Assembly: GCA_030167865.1 (NCBI GenBank)
Contig: JALAGF010000286.1
Coordinates: 1 to 64,000, forward strand
Length of the DNA: 64,000 nt
Reading direction: 5' to 3'
Source: Craspedostauros australis
Lineage: Eukaryota
Below the pieces are notes generated by a model. The model was given only the letters and a program-made list of their open reading frames with translations. It did not search any database and was not told the origin of the DNA. The translations under genes were made by a program, and so were the position numbers. Within the stretch, counting starts at the first letter, position 1, and each line of letters begins with the position of its first letter. Below, in pieces: positions 34,806 to 45,769 of the stretch.

Positions 34806-35619
34806 GCACTTTCAAGTATTATGCGCTCGTACTCGTAAGGTTGTTGATGGATGGCTGGATCGGTTGTGGATTTGCTGACTGGAGAGTTGCAGTTGTGAGA
34901 ACGTCGGAATGATGCGTTCTGGTGCTGTTGGTTGCACGCGTTGCAGACGGAGAACCGCAAGCGTTCGTGCAATGCGAGCTGATGCGAAGAGGAAACACAT
35001 CAAATCCAGAGAGATTCGCAAACGCATCGTCAGCAGAGCCATCAGAACAGACTCAGAAAAGAGAGGACACCAATCGGCGTCGTGGACATGGTCGTTGTTG
35101 TTGTGCTGTGTTGGTGGACGCACGGTGTGCTGAGACGATGTGACTCAGAACATGGTCATTTTTTGTGATGTGTTTGTTGCGTTTGTGCACGTTCTCATCA
35201 CGACCGGACTGACGTATTTTGCAATGGTCGCGCGTGTCCAATTCCTAGTCATGCAAACGACTAGATCGATTAAATGGTCGTACTGATCGAGCCAACGTTC
35301 CTGAACGTGTCATCTCCAACCAATCCATCACGTGATGGTCTCGGAACACGAACTACCTACACTGCGCGATCCATCAGTCAACATGATGTGACAGAACACA
35401 CACAACTCGATCAAATGCGCACAGAGAAACATCCGTTGAGCACATCAAGATTTGGAACATCTTTGCTCTGCTCGTGCCGTCTCTGGCGCATCAAGAGCAT
35501 CAAGAGCATCAAGAGCATCACGTGCAGTATCTGTTCTTTCAAGCTGACACCCCCAGCACGTGACAATCGAGGAACGCAAGAGAAGAGCAACTCAGACTTC
35601 ACGCAATACGAGTAGGAAC

Positions 35620-36292
35620 ATGCCAGACCCACAGGAAGAACCAGTAGACAGCACGAAGGCCGTGAAGGCCATCTTCGAGGATGCGACGGAAGAATTCGCG
35701 GAACAATTCAAGGACAAGGTCCGCGCACTGCACGAGCATTTCGACAAGGACAAGGATGGCTTTCTCAATCTGAAGGAGCTCGCGGCGTTGCAGCTCGCGA
35801 CGGATGGTTCGCGTTTGACGGAGCAGAATTACCTGATGGCCTGCAAGGCCTTGGCATGCGATCCCAACAACGGGATTCCATTGCCAGCGCTGAAGGTCAC
35901 GTACCTGGCAGAAGGGGCCAACATCGGTACGCTTGGCGCATGAGAGTTTGCGTTGGTGCGCTTGGAAAACAGATGGATGAACGTGGGCATGGCACGGTGG
36001 ATAGGCGTACTCTATAGCAGAGCGCACTGCACTACTTTGCTCTACTCCAGTCGACTTTGGGACATGTCTCTCTTGCTTTTCGTCATCATCGCTGATCTCT
36101 CACCTTCATCGTTCGAAACAACTGCAACGTATTCCTATTCCAACTGCAATATCACGCAATGCAATACGATGGAACAATACAATTTGATGCATCGCAGAAA
36201 AGGACTATTACAAGGTGTTTCCAGACAAGATTCCAGAAGATGCCGATCACATTTTCGAGGCGGATTCTGCTGGCTTCGACATTTCGAGTTGA
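35620..36292 (+). CDS. Small EF-hand protein (133 aa); exons 35620-35926 and 36198-36292
   Basis: EF loop DKDKDGFLNLKE. A GT-AG intron joins GANI-E-KDYYKVFP in frame. Confidence 0.8.
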
Positions 36293-37327
36293 TCACACTG
36301 CGGGGATGTATGGTAAGAGTAGCACGTGTTCATTGCGTGGCGCCACGCTGCACGGCAGAGTAGGCGAGAGCAGAAATATTTCTGCGGGTATTGCAAGCAC
36401 ATGCACGGCGGTGGAAATCGACAGACTTTCGGCGGTACACAATTACTGGAAGCGTTGCTTCAGATGCATTTAGAGAATTTGACAATTCAAGATTTTATTT
36501 GGAGACGGATAGTCATGCATGCAAGACGAGGATTGATCATGCTTGAGCAAAGGGAGGTAGGCACCAATATTCTTCGAAGCAAACTGCAAATGGACAAAGA
36601 GCAAGCCTCCATTTGCACAACAACAGGCGGACTGGGAAAGAGCACTGCTGCCACCATCACTGCGGGCGTGAATGGACCCAAGCAAATTGACGCCTTGGGT
36701 CGGAGTGTCTGCGATTCATCTTCGCAAAGCTCCGTCCGTTGGATTCTCTCGATCGATCCAGTCGAAGTTCAGTATCCTTCCCAACGTAGAAATACACTTT
36801 CGTGAAACACACCATGATATCTTACAATGTAATATAATACATAGTACGAGGAGGAATGAACTCTTAACGACCATAGAGAATGCAGGATTTCTCTATCGAT
36901 ATGCTCTGAAGGAGTGCAAATGGTGAAATAGAGTTGTTGATGAAGGCCCATTGCAACTCGATGGAAAGCAGCAACAACGTCCACCATGAATTCACGCAGT
37001 TGCCTTTGTGTCGTTGTCACGATCTTTCGGGTATCTTTCTTGCGTTGAATCGTGAGAATCAAATTTGGCGCAAAGTGCGTCACACCTTTTCCCACAGAGC
37101 CAATCTGTCAGGAGGGAAGATCCGCTCATGTTGTTGGCTCTTGGCGCGTGGACATCCTGCATCTCTCTCTCTCTGTACAAGCATCGATGTCGTCCACACT
37201 GTTGATCAAAAAGGACATAGAGCAGAGCACTCTGCCTACACTTCACGAGCATTCGTTCCTCAAGCTCAAGCCGTCGTGCCAATCCAATCAACCAGGGCCA
37301 CATCACAAAAGCAACGAATGATACACG

Positions 37328-38404
37328 ATGATGCTCGCCGCGACTTCCCTTCCACTGTTACTCTCCTTCCTCTGGACGACACCAGCGCAAGCATTCCTCG
37401 CCACATCTCCCTTCCAATCACCTGCTGCGTTGCACAGCGCCTTGCACCAACAAAAGAAGGGCGACCTCTCGCCGTTGCCCAAGGACATTTCGCCGTTCGA
37501 GAAATCGGCCTCCAAAGCACGTGACGTGCAAGGCGAATTCCGACAAATCGCGCAGCGTGCCTTGTGCAAGGCCTTGAAGGATGGCAACGGCCGCCTCTTC
37601 GAAATTGAATTCCCACCACTGCTCGGCGGCGATCAATCGAAATCGCAGTTCGATGATTTTGACAACGTGCAGGAGCTGAATCAAAATCGCGATTGGTGCA
37701 TCCAGATGATGCCCGATTTCGTGGCGGCGATCGGCAGCCCGTGCGTGTGGTTCGTGCTGCCCGATTTGAAGGAGGTGGAATTGGCCAAGGAGGAGTGGAC
37801 GGGACAGCGGTATCGGCAGGCCGCGCAGTTCACGAGCATCGAAGCCGGCACTCAATACCACACGGGCACAGACACGGCCTACGCCAAACCATGGGGCTCG
37901 TCGCTGGCATCGGGCATGAGCAGCCTGTTGGGTGGCGGCAAGGATTCGGGTCTGCTGGGCGACCAATCCACGTTGGACGAGCTGGCGACGCCCACCTTGC
38001 ACATTGTGTGCCAACCCGGCAACGGCGGTCCCGTCGAGGATTGGGTCAACGTCGAGCTGATGCACCAAAATTCGGAGGCGTCGACCGTGGTCGTCAACGG
38101 CGCGTTAGATAAGGTGCGCGACGGATACTACGCGCCCTTCATCTTTCCGCGATTGGCCAAGACATTTCCGTTCTATCGGTCCTTCGATGCCGTCTTTTTC
38201 TTGAAGCCCGTCTCGGATAAGGGTGTGTACGGGTGGTTGTACCGCGTGTATCCTGAGCCATGGCAAGTGTACTTGCAGCGGCCGTTCCAGAAGAATGGCC
38301 AGATGTACGTCGAGGACGTCGTGGCTTTGGTGAGCGATACGAGACCGACGTACACGGAGTGCGTGCAGGCATTGTTGGCGGCCGCGTCCAAGGCATCGGC
38401 ATAG
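37328..38404 (+). CDS. DUF1995 / LPA3-like plastid protein
   Basis: Signal peptide plus AQAF. Motifs LFEIEFPPL, VVVNGALDKVRDGYY, FFLKP and GWLYRVYPEPWQV are typical of DUF1995. Confidence 0.85.
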   Translation: MMLAATSLPLLLSFLWTTPAQAFLATSPFQSPAALHSALHQQKKGDLSPLPKDISPFEKSASKARDVQGEFRQIAQRALCKALKDGNGRLFEIEFPPLLGGDQSKSQFDDFDNVQELNQNRDWCIQMMPDFVAAIGSPCVWFVLPDLKEVELAKEEWTGQRYRQAAQFTSIEAGTQYHTGTDTAYAKPWGSSLASGMSSLLGGGKDSGLLGDQSTLDELATPTLHIVCQPGNGGPVEDWVNVELMHQNSEASTVVVNGALDKVRDGYYAPFIFPRLAKTFPFYRSFDAVFFLKPVSDKGVYGWLYRVYPEPWQVYLQRPFQKNGQMYVEDVVALVSDTRPTYTECVQALLAAASKASA

Positions 38405-38543
38405 AGCGGGAACCAAGACGCGAAGCACAAGTTCGTAGTACAATAGAATAGTATGGAGTGACAACATAACATATTACCATGGATGAGTGGTCCCTAGCAC
38501 AACATTTAAAAGAGGCGTCCTGCTCAACTTGCAGCTGTGAAGT

Positions 38544-39113
38544 TCACCTCCTTCCTCGACCACGCCTTCTGCCAGAACCTCGACCTCGTCCACCACCTCT
38601 GCCTCGCCCTCGCCCTCGCCCCATCCGGACTGGCTTCAACCCCGTCACCTTCTCGGCCTCCATCGCCGACAATTCCGACTCCGCCTTGAGAATGGCCATG
38701 GCGTTGCCGCTGCGCTTGGCATCGGCCACCTTCTGACGCGCGGCCTGCATCTTGGCCTGCTTCGCATTGCGCTGCTGCTCCTGCTCCTGTTGCACGGACG
38801 CTTCGACGCACGCACGACATTTCGCCTTGTCGTTCTTCTTCCACTGCGTCTTGTTGTACTGCGCCATGCTGAGGTCCTTGTGGCACATGCTGCATTCGCG
38901 CGTCTCGTCGCTCGCCACGGCGTTCTTGGCGGCCGTCTCGCGCTCTGCCTGTTCCAGACGCTGCACGCAGTGCTTGCATTTCAACTTGGTGCCGTTCTTG
39001 CGATGGTTCTCCAGCTGGCGTTTGGAGAATTCGTCGCCCATCAAGCGTTTGCGATTGCAGAAGTCGCAGTCGAAGGAGCCGGCCCACGAGCTGGCGATGA
39101 CGGGCGTCGACAT
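38544..39113 (-). CDS. Protein with tandem Stc1-like zinc fingers and an RG-rich C-terminus
   Basis: Two CxxC...(F/Y)(S/N)KxQ...CxxC modules, a coiled coil and a GRGRGRGRGGGR tail. Confidence 0.75.
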   Translation of the reverse strand: MSTPVIASSWAGSFDCDFCNRKRLMGDEFSKRQLENHRKNGTKLKCKHCVQRLEQAERETAAKNAVASDETRECSMCHKDLSMAQYNKTQWKKNDKAKCRACVEASVQQEQEQQRNAKQAKMQAARQKVADAKRSGNAMAILKAESELSAMEAEKVTGLKPVRMGRGRGRGRGGGRGRGSGRRRGRGRR

Positions 39114-39505
39114 CGTGTGTTCAGTATGGTACGTGTGGTTTGGATTCTGCTGAGTTGGGTTGGGTTGGGTTGGATTGCGCAAGAGGTCTGTGGGATGGAG
39201 TGGTCGGCACTCTTTGGAACTATTATTATGTTATGATGTGTTTGCGCGAAGAGATTCACCGCAGCCACACAAGTTGCCTGATTGAACGAATGAGCGATGT
39301 TTTTGCGTGTGCGAGTAGTCATTCGAGTGTAGAATTGTCAAAGTCTACACTCATACGACTACTCGAACTCGTACATTTGTTCATGAAATGCTACTCGTTT
39401 GTATCACACACGCACAAACAAAACAGCCACACATAATATTTTATATAGTAACAGTACTTCCCAAGGTCCAATGCTATTGCTATGCTCGATTACGCGATCC
39501 TTCCA

Positions 39506-41392
39506 TCAGTACCGCGCCCCAAACGAGTCGGCAATGATGGCATCCACATTCGAAACTCGGATGTCGAACGGACGCGGCAATTTCTGCACCCACTCTTCAA
39601 TGAACTGCGTGTCCTCTTCGTACTTGCGTTGCTTGTTGGTCATCTTCTTGCTGAGCGCCTTCTTGGTAGGTGTCTTCTTGCTGGGCGTCATCTCGGCGTT
39701 GTGGCGTTGCTGATTGCGCGCCGTGATCTGGGCATCGGTCAGCGCGTCCAAGGCATCGTACTCGATCTCTTGCGATCGCGGCATGGCGCTGTCCAGCTTC
39801 GCGGCAGTATCAGCGTTCTTCGTCCCGCCCGATTGCAGCATGGACAGCAAAGCTTCGCCGGCCTTCTCCGTTGGCATGGGTTCCGATGGTGCGGCCTCCT
39901 TGACGACCTCGCCCCACGGTGTTTCGCCATCTTCCGAAAAGAAGGGCGTGAGCTGCGAGACGGTGTTGGTGGCGACGAGCGGCTGGTACGATGGCTTGTG
40001 CGAATTGGTCGGGGCCATCGTGTTGCCGCCCATGAGGGCATCCAAGATGCCACCGTCCTTGGAGCTCATCTTCGGCGCCTTGCCGTCGCTGTTCATGAAG
40101 GAGCCGCCGACGACGCGGAAGGCGTGCGGATCGTTGCCGCAGAAACCCTGTTCGGCAAACACGTGGGGGTTGCCATCGTACTCCACCTTGCGGCCCAGTA
40201 TCTTCTCGTTGGTCTGGAACATCTCCTCCTCCGTCCAGCGATTGATCTGCCCGGCCTTGGCCAACCCCGCGTTGATCAGCGGATCATCGGCCTGCACCAT
40301 GCGGCCGTTGCTGCCTCTGCGCGACGTGGAACCCGGACGGCCTTTGCGACCCGAAGACTTTTCGCGTCCCGTCGATTTGTCACGCCCGTTGGATTTGTCG
40401 CGTCCTGCCGACTTGTTGCGACCGCCGCTCTTGCTGCGGCTGTTCGATTTGTCGCGACCCGATGACTTGCTGCGGTTGTTCTTCTTCTTTTCCATGCGCT
40501 GCTGCTTGCGAATCCAACCACGCAACCTGCCGAAGAATGGCAGCACGGCGAAGGTCTTCTTGGGCAGCTGGTCGATGGGAAACCATTCGACGTCGCCGAC
40601 CTCCTTGCGCGCCACGGGTTCGAACGGGAACTCCTCCGGCACGCCCTTGCAGATGTAGCACGTGCGGCGTTTTCCATTCGGCTCCATGTAACTCAACGCA
40701 TCCTGGCTGCGCAGCGTGGTGGACCACGTCAACGGTGAGGGTGCGTCGCCCTGTTCCAGCAGCAGCTCGTACTTCTCCCTCCACAGCTTGGCCACCCCAT
40801 GCTGCGCCAACGGATCGAACCCGGTCTCCTCGTACGTCTCGCGTGCCGCGGCCTCGTAGCCCTGTTCGCCCTGATTGATCTTTCCTGCCGGCAGCGTCCA
40901 TGCCTGCTTATCGTAGGTGGAGGTGAGCAGCACCTTGCTGCAGTCCTCGTTGAGCAGGATGGTGCCGTACGTCGAGATGGTGCGCTTGTAGTTGCTGAAC
41001 TCCAGCCACATGACGTTGAAGTCCTTGCCCTGGAACAGCGGGCTGTACTGAAACATCTTGTGGCAGAACGGGCGCACGTTCTTGAACCGCGGCAGCACGG
41101 CCTCATCGGCTGGCTGGTTGTCGCAGATGAAGTCCTCGTAGAACCACCAGGCCTGCTCCAGCTGGAAGAAGATGCGGTCGGACGTGGCCAGCTCCTCGGG
41201 CGGCAGGTTGATCACGAACCGCGTGTGCACGTCATCCAGGGCATCCGCGAAGGCCATCTGCGTCTCGGGCGACAGCAGCGTCGTGCCGTCCGCGCCCGTC
41301 AGCGTCGCGATGTTGGGCGGATCCTTGTGCTGCTGCAACGCATCGACATTCGTGGACGCGGCGGCGGACGTCAAGATGGCGGGCAGCGACAT
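39506..41392 (-). CDS. DCP2: mRNA-decapping enzyme catalytic subunit
   Basis: Box A LDDVHTRFVINLPPEEL...RIFFQLEQAWWFYEDF and Nudix box GKINQGEQGYEAAARETYEETG. Confidence 0.96.
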   Translation of the reverse strand: MSLPAILTSAAASTNVDALQQHKDPPNIATLTGADGTTLLSPETQMAFADALDDVHTRFVINLPPEELATSDRIFFQLEQAWWFYEDFICDNQPADEAVLPRFKNVRPFCHKMFQYSPLFQGKDFNVMWLEFSNYKRTISTYGTILLNEDCSKVLLTSTYDKQAWTLPAGKINQGEQGYEAAARETYEETGFDPLAQHGVAKLWREKYELLLEQGDAPSPLTWSTTLRSQDALSYMEPNGKRRTCYICKGVPEEFPFEPVARKEVGDVEWFPIDQLPKKTFAVLPFFGRLRGWIRKQQRMEKKKNNRSKSSGRDKSNSRSKSGGRNKSAGRDKSNGRDKSTGREKSSGRKGRPGSTSRRGSNGRMVQADDPLINAGLAKAGQINRWTEEEMFQTNEKILGRKVEYDGNPHVFAEQGFCGNDPHAFRVVGGSFMNSDGKAPKMSSKDGGILDALMGGNTMAPTNSHKPSYQPLVATNTVSQLTPFFSEDGETPWGEVVKEAAPSEPMPTEKAGEALLSMLQSGGTKNADTAAKLDSAMPRSQEIEYDALDALTDAQITARNQQRHNAEMTPSKKTPTKKALSKKMTNKQRKYEEDTQFIEEWVQKLPRPFDIRVSNVDAIIADSFGARY

Positions 41393-42263
41393 GTGTACGT
41401 ACTACGCTCTTTTCAATAGGTCTGTGTATGTATCTGTTCGTGTGCGTATGTTGTATAATATTATACAATACTATTGTATAATGCTATTGTATGTGATACT
41501 TTATTATATTATATAATGTTCAGTAGTCTTTGGAAGAAGAGCGCCTTGTGTGGGTTGGAATATAGTAGCCAGGAAGCGGCAGCGACGGCACGCGTTGTCT
41601 GGATCTCCATGGTCGACTCTTCGCTTCCGTTTCGCTTTTCGTTTGGTGTTGTTTGTTGTTCGCGGTTGGGATACATAATAAGGCCTATGTAAGAGCATTT
41701 GTCTCAGTCGTGCATTGCATGAAGACGGGTTTGAAGGTTGTCCCTCTTTTGCGCAAATCGCAACGAAGAACAAAACGATCAAGTTCGTTCTGCATTTGTT
41801 CTTCCGTGTTTGCTCTTCTGCGCAAATCTGCCGTCATCCAATGACCATCGCGACCATCGTCGTCATCATCTCCAACCCGACAGAGGGCGAGAGAGAATCC
41901 CACACTCGCTTCGATTCTCTTCTTGGAGAGGAACAGATCGCATCTTCGAGACTCCAAAAGCATTCGGCAGCTACCGTACGAGCCATTGTACTATATGCAC
42001 TAATGTGCTAATACTCGTATCGTACAATCGCTTCAACAGTCTCCATCAGGACCGCTTCCAGCTCTCAGCTGCTCACAAGCTTGCCGGAGATTCCGACAAT
42101 TGTCGTCGGCTTCGACATCAACATCGTCGGCATCATCATCATCGGTACCTTCCCCTCCTTTTCGTCAACTCCTTTTCAACCATCGGGCACAACTCAGAGC
42201 TCATCGCAATTCGCACCTCGTATAATACTATATTATATAATACATGGACACCATCGAATAACA

Positions 42264-43238
42264 ATGGCAATCATTGCACTCAGGGAGATTCTGCTCACGG
42301 CTTTCGTGTCCACATCGACGCATCGTTCCAATTCCAACTTCAACACCAACGGACACATCTGGAATCGCGCTGGGCAACGGACTTTGACATCGCCACTACC
42401 GTCGATGCCTTCGACGTCACTGATGGCGACTTCGGAACCATCACCCGCTGCAGATGCTGCCGCGACCGGCAGCACCCAGAAGGTGGAAACCCAGGATGAT
42501 GCGCCAGTGGATAATATGATCGAACGTTACCAGGAACTCGCTCACAAGCTGGAGCAATTGTACGACGCCAAATTCGGCAGTAGCACCACCACTGACGATG
42601 ACGCACCGCAGCAGCTATGGATCGGCATCGCGGGTGGTCCCGGATCCGGCAAATCGACCTCGGCCGAACGCGTCACCGAGATTCTCAACACCCATTCCGA
42701 CATCGCCGTCGTCCTGCCCGTCGATGGTTATCACACGCCGCGAGCGCAGCTGCAGGACGCCTTGTTGCGCCGCGGCGCGCCGTGGACCTTCGATGTCGCC
42801 ATGTGCGCCGAGGATCTGCGACGAGCCAAGCGTGACGGCAAGGCGTCGCTGCCCATTTACGATCGTGACATCTCGGATCCGCGTCGTGATGGCGTGCAAC
42901 TGGAGCGGCACCATAAGTTCGTGCTCGTCGAAGGACTGTATCTGCTATTTCGTGATGACGATGATCCCGCACGCGCGCATCGGCAGGATCATGGCAACGG
43001 GTGGGCGGAGCTCTACGATCTGTGGGACGAGCGATGGTTCATTCGCGCGCCATCGCGGGAAGTACAATACTCCCGATTGATCAATCGCAGCCTGAAGACC
43101 TGGACGGATGCCAAGGCCGAGGTTTGGGGTACTGGTGAGGAGGGTGCCACGAAGCGCGTCCAATTCAACGATGCCAAGAACATGGATCTGATCGCGCCGC
43201 ATGAGCAGTATGCGGATGAGGTGATCGTGACAATGTAG
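42264..43238 (+). CDS. P-loop kinase (uridine kinase/phosphoribulokinase/YggC-like), possible plastid presequence
   Basis: Motifs IGIAGGPGSGKST, PVDGYH, RRGAPWTFD, PIYDRDISDP and VLVEGLYLL. Confidence 0.88.
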   Translation: MAIIALREILLTAFVSTSTHRSNSNFNTNGHIWNRAGQRTLTSPLPSMPSTSLMATSEPSPAADAAATGSTQKVETQDDAPVDNMIERYQELAHKLEQLYDAKFGSSTTTDDDAPQQLWIGIAGGPGSGKSTSAERVTEILNTHSDIAVVLPVDGYHTPRAQLQDALLRRGAPWTFDVAMCAEDLRRAKRDGKASLPIYDRDISDPRRDGVQLERHHKFVLVEGLYLLFRDDDDPARAHRQDHGNGWAELYDLWDERWFIRAPSREVQYSRLINRSLKTWTDAKAEVWGTGEEGATKRVQFNDAKNMDLIAPHEQYADEVIVTM

Positions 43239-43759
43239 CACACATTCACATATTATACTCTGGATAGTGCACGTGTCCCATTCGATTTGTTATTTGGACT
43301 TGCCCACAATCATTGGTTGATACGAGTGGAGTATCATCCTGATAGAATGGATTCCATACGAATTGTCAACATGGTGAAGCCTGGTGGCATGCGTCGAATT
43401 GTGGAAATTGCCACCACAGTCGCACTGCTGGCGAGACAGGATTCTCACAAATTTCTGTTGCGAGCCGAGTCGATCGAATCAAACCAATCAATGTTCTTGG
43501 GAAGTGTTCCGAAACACATCAAACCGAGCCCCCGATGTCAGCATTGGGCGGTATAGGTGGAACACACCAACCGGTCAGCCAGTTGTGGGGAGATCACAGC
43601 ATGGTAACTGTCACAACATTGACAGGCATCTCAATTGCAGAGGGTCAATCGCATAACACCATAAGCGCACTCGTCAGCCAAAGCAAGCCAAGTCAAGTCA
43701 AGTCAAACCAAAGCAAGCTGAGGCAAGGCAAGGAACACAACGGCGACAACCAACTCAAA

Positions 43760-45013
43760 ATGAAGCACTCAGTCACGCCTGCACGGCAGCGCAGCAAGCC
43801 AGAGGCGAAGGCAAAGGCAAGCAATGACTCCGACACCGACGCCGATGCCAACATCACCACAATCTTCGAACGACCGAATCCACAGATGCCCTCCAACAAG
43901 GTCTTTGGCGTGCTCGCCGTTCTTGGCTTCGTCGGGTCGTGGCTTTCATCGGCGCTGTCACCGATGCTTCTGTATTACTCCATCAAGCATCAATTTCATA
44001 CGGGAAGCATCTTCCTGGTCATCACCGCTGTCATTGCCTACATCCCGCCCAGCATCATGTGGAGGAACACCAAGCAAGATCACCCGATCTTCATCTTCCG
44101 CTGGCTCGATCATTTCCTCACCACCTACTTCACGCACTGGTTCCAAAGTGTCAAGGTCATCGCAGAGGACTGGCATGGCGACATCTCTGACGACCGACGC
44201 CAGCCGTACTTCTACGGCCTCCATCCCCATGGTGCCTTATGCATGGGACTGGCGGTGCTGTACTCGAGCATGGACTACATATTTCCATTTCAGGAGAAGG
44301 TGCGCTTCTGCTTCGCGCCCATCCTGTTTTGGAGTCCAATCTTCCGCATCTTCTGCCACTTCGTCGGATACCCCGGCAGCGCCTTCAAATCGGATATGAT
44401 CACTCTCATGGAGCGCAACATCGAGCGAAAGAACGAGCGTGCGAAGCGCAATGATGCTTCGCAGCCCAGGAAGCACGAATTCGAGTCGCTTGCCCTGTTG
44501 CCGGGAGGCTTCGAGGAGGCGTCGATCGTGAAGATCCCGACCTTGGAGACGGTACCAAGTTCCAAGTCGGACGATGCTGCAGCACAGACTCAAATACCAC
44601 CCTGCACGGAACGGCTGTTCCTGAAACGACGCGCGGGGTTCTTGCGGTTGGCGTTGAAGTTCGGCTACACGGTGCGTCCCGTCTTCATCTTTGGCGAATC
44701 CTTCCTGTACCACAACGTGCAAGGTGGGTGGCAGACGCGGCTGCTCATGAATCAGTACTCGATCCCCGCCCTGTTCCCGTGGGGATGGAAATACTTTCCC
44801 CTGCTGCCCAGGCCCAACATTGACATGCTCATCGTGATCGGCGCGCCGGTAGATTTCACGCACATTGTGCCCCTGAACACCGAACCCGACAAGGATCAGC
44901 TGCGCCAGTGCCACGAATTGTACGTGTCGCAGTTGTCCAAGCTGTACGACAACTACAAGGAACGTGCTTACGGTCCAGAACTGGGCAAGGTCATCAAATT
45001 GGAGGTGTGGTAG
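43760..45013 (+). CDS. DGAT2: Diacylglycerol acyltransferase type 2 (DAGAT family)
   Basis: N-terminal TM pair, YF, HPHG, GGFEEA, RAGFLRLA, RPVFIFGE and VIGAPV motifs. Confidence 0.9.
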   Translation: MKHSVTPARQRSKPEAKAKASNDSDTDADANITTIFERPNPQMPSNKVFGVLAVLGFVGSWLSSALSPMLLYYSIKHQFHTGSIFLVITAVIAYIPPSIMWRNTKQDHPIFIFRWLDHFLTTYFTHWFQSVKVIAEDWHGDISDDRRQPYFYGLHPHGALCMGLAVLYSSMDYIFPFQEKVRFCFAPILFWSPIFRIFCHFVGYPGSAFKSDMITLMERNIERKNERAKRNDASQPRKHEFESLALLPGGFEEASIVKIPTLETVPSSKSDDAAAQTQIPPCTERLFLKRRAGFLRLALKFGYTVRPVFIFGESFLYHNVQGGWQTRLLMNQYSIPALFPWGWKYFPLLPRPNIDMLIVIGAPVDFTHIVPLNTEPDKDQLRQCHELYVSQLSKLYDNYKERAYGPELGKVIKLEVW

Positions 45014-45769
45014 TGCTGGTGCTGGTGCTGGTGCTCTCGAGATCGTTCTAGAGCGTATGTGCTGTGCTGTACCGTCCACTGATGTGGATCTTATCGATGA
45101 GCAGTGCATCGCTGTGGCAGATCTGGCGCAGGACCGTTGGATAGTTCGGTTGCGTGACTCTCTCGCAGGCACAAAGACGAGCATGACAGAACAGCGGCTT
45201 TGCTCGCCTTGCGCTGTTGCATTGAGGAGAAGAAAATCTGCTCTCTCCAAATACTATTATTTGAGAAGTATTATAATATATGAGTAGAGTACCATACGAG
45301 TATGCTCGTACATACCATATGGTACTCTATTACTCGTATGCACGAAGATACACAAGGCAAAACAGCAATAAAATGACCAATCGAGGCTCTCTCTCTCTCT
45401 CTAGTTCCGATTGTGCAGCTCCGGCTGATTTTGTGGTCGGATGGATCATGCTTCTATCGACCAGATCGACCAAATCGCTGAAAATATTTTTTGTCTCGTC
45501 TCGCGCCAAAACTTTGATTCCCTGTTCTCCACAAACAACCTCACACAACGCAAACGCAACATGGCGCAACGTTCGCAGCAACATCGATCAAGTTCCAACA
45601 CTCATTGCATTCCGCCTTCATTTCTTCTCAATAATTGAACTTGTGCCAACCTTGGCGCAATCATTTGAAACCCTCAACAGTGATACGTGCAACAAGGACT
45701 GTCGTCCAGCAAAGGAGCAAAAAGAACAAACGAGTGGACGAAAAGAAGCAAAGAAGGAAATCAGCAAGC

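Noticed and set aside
36326-36805. 159-aa ORF containing CGYC
   Set aside because: Non-ATG start, atypical codon usage and no supporting domain pattern.
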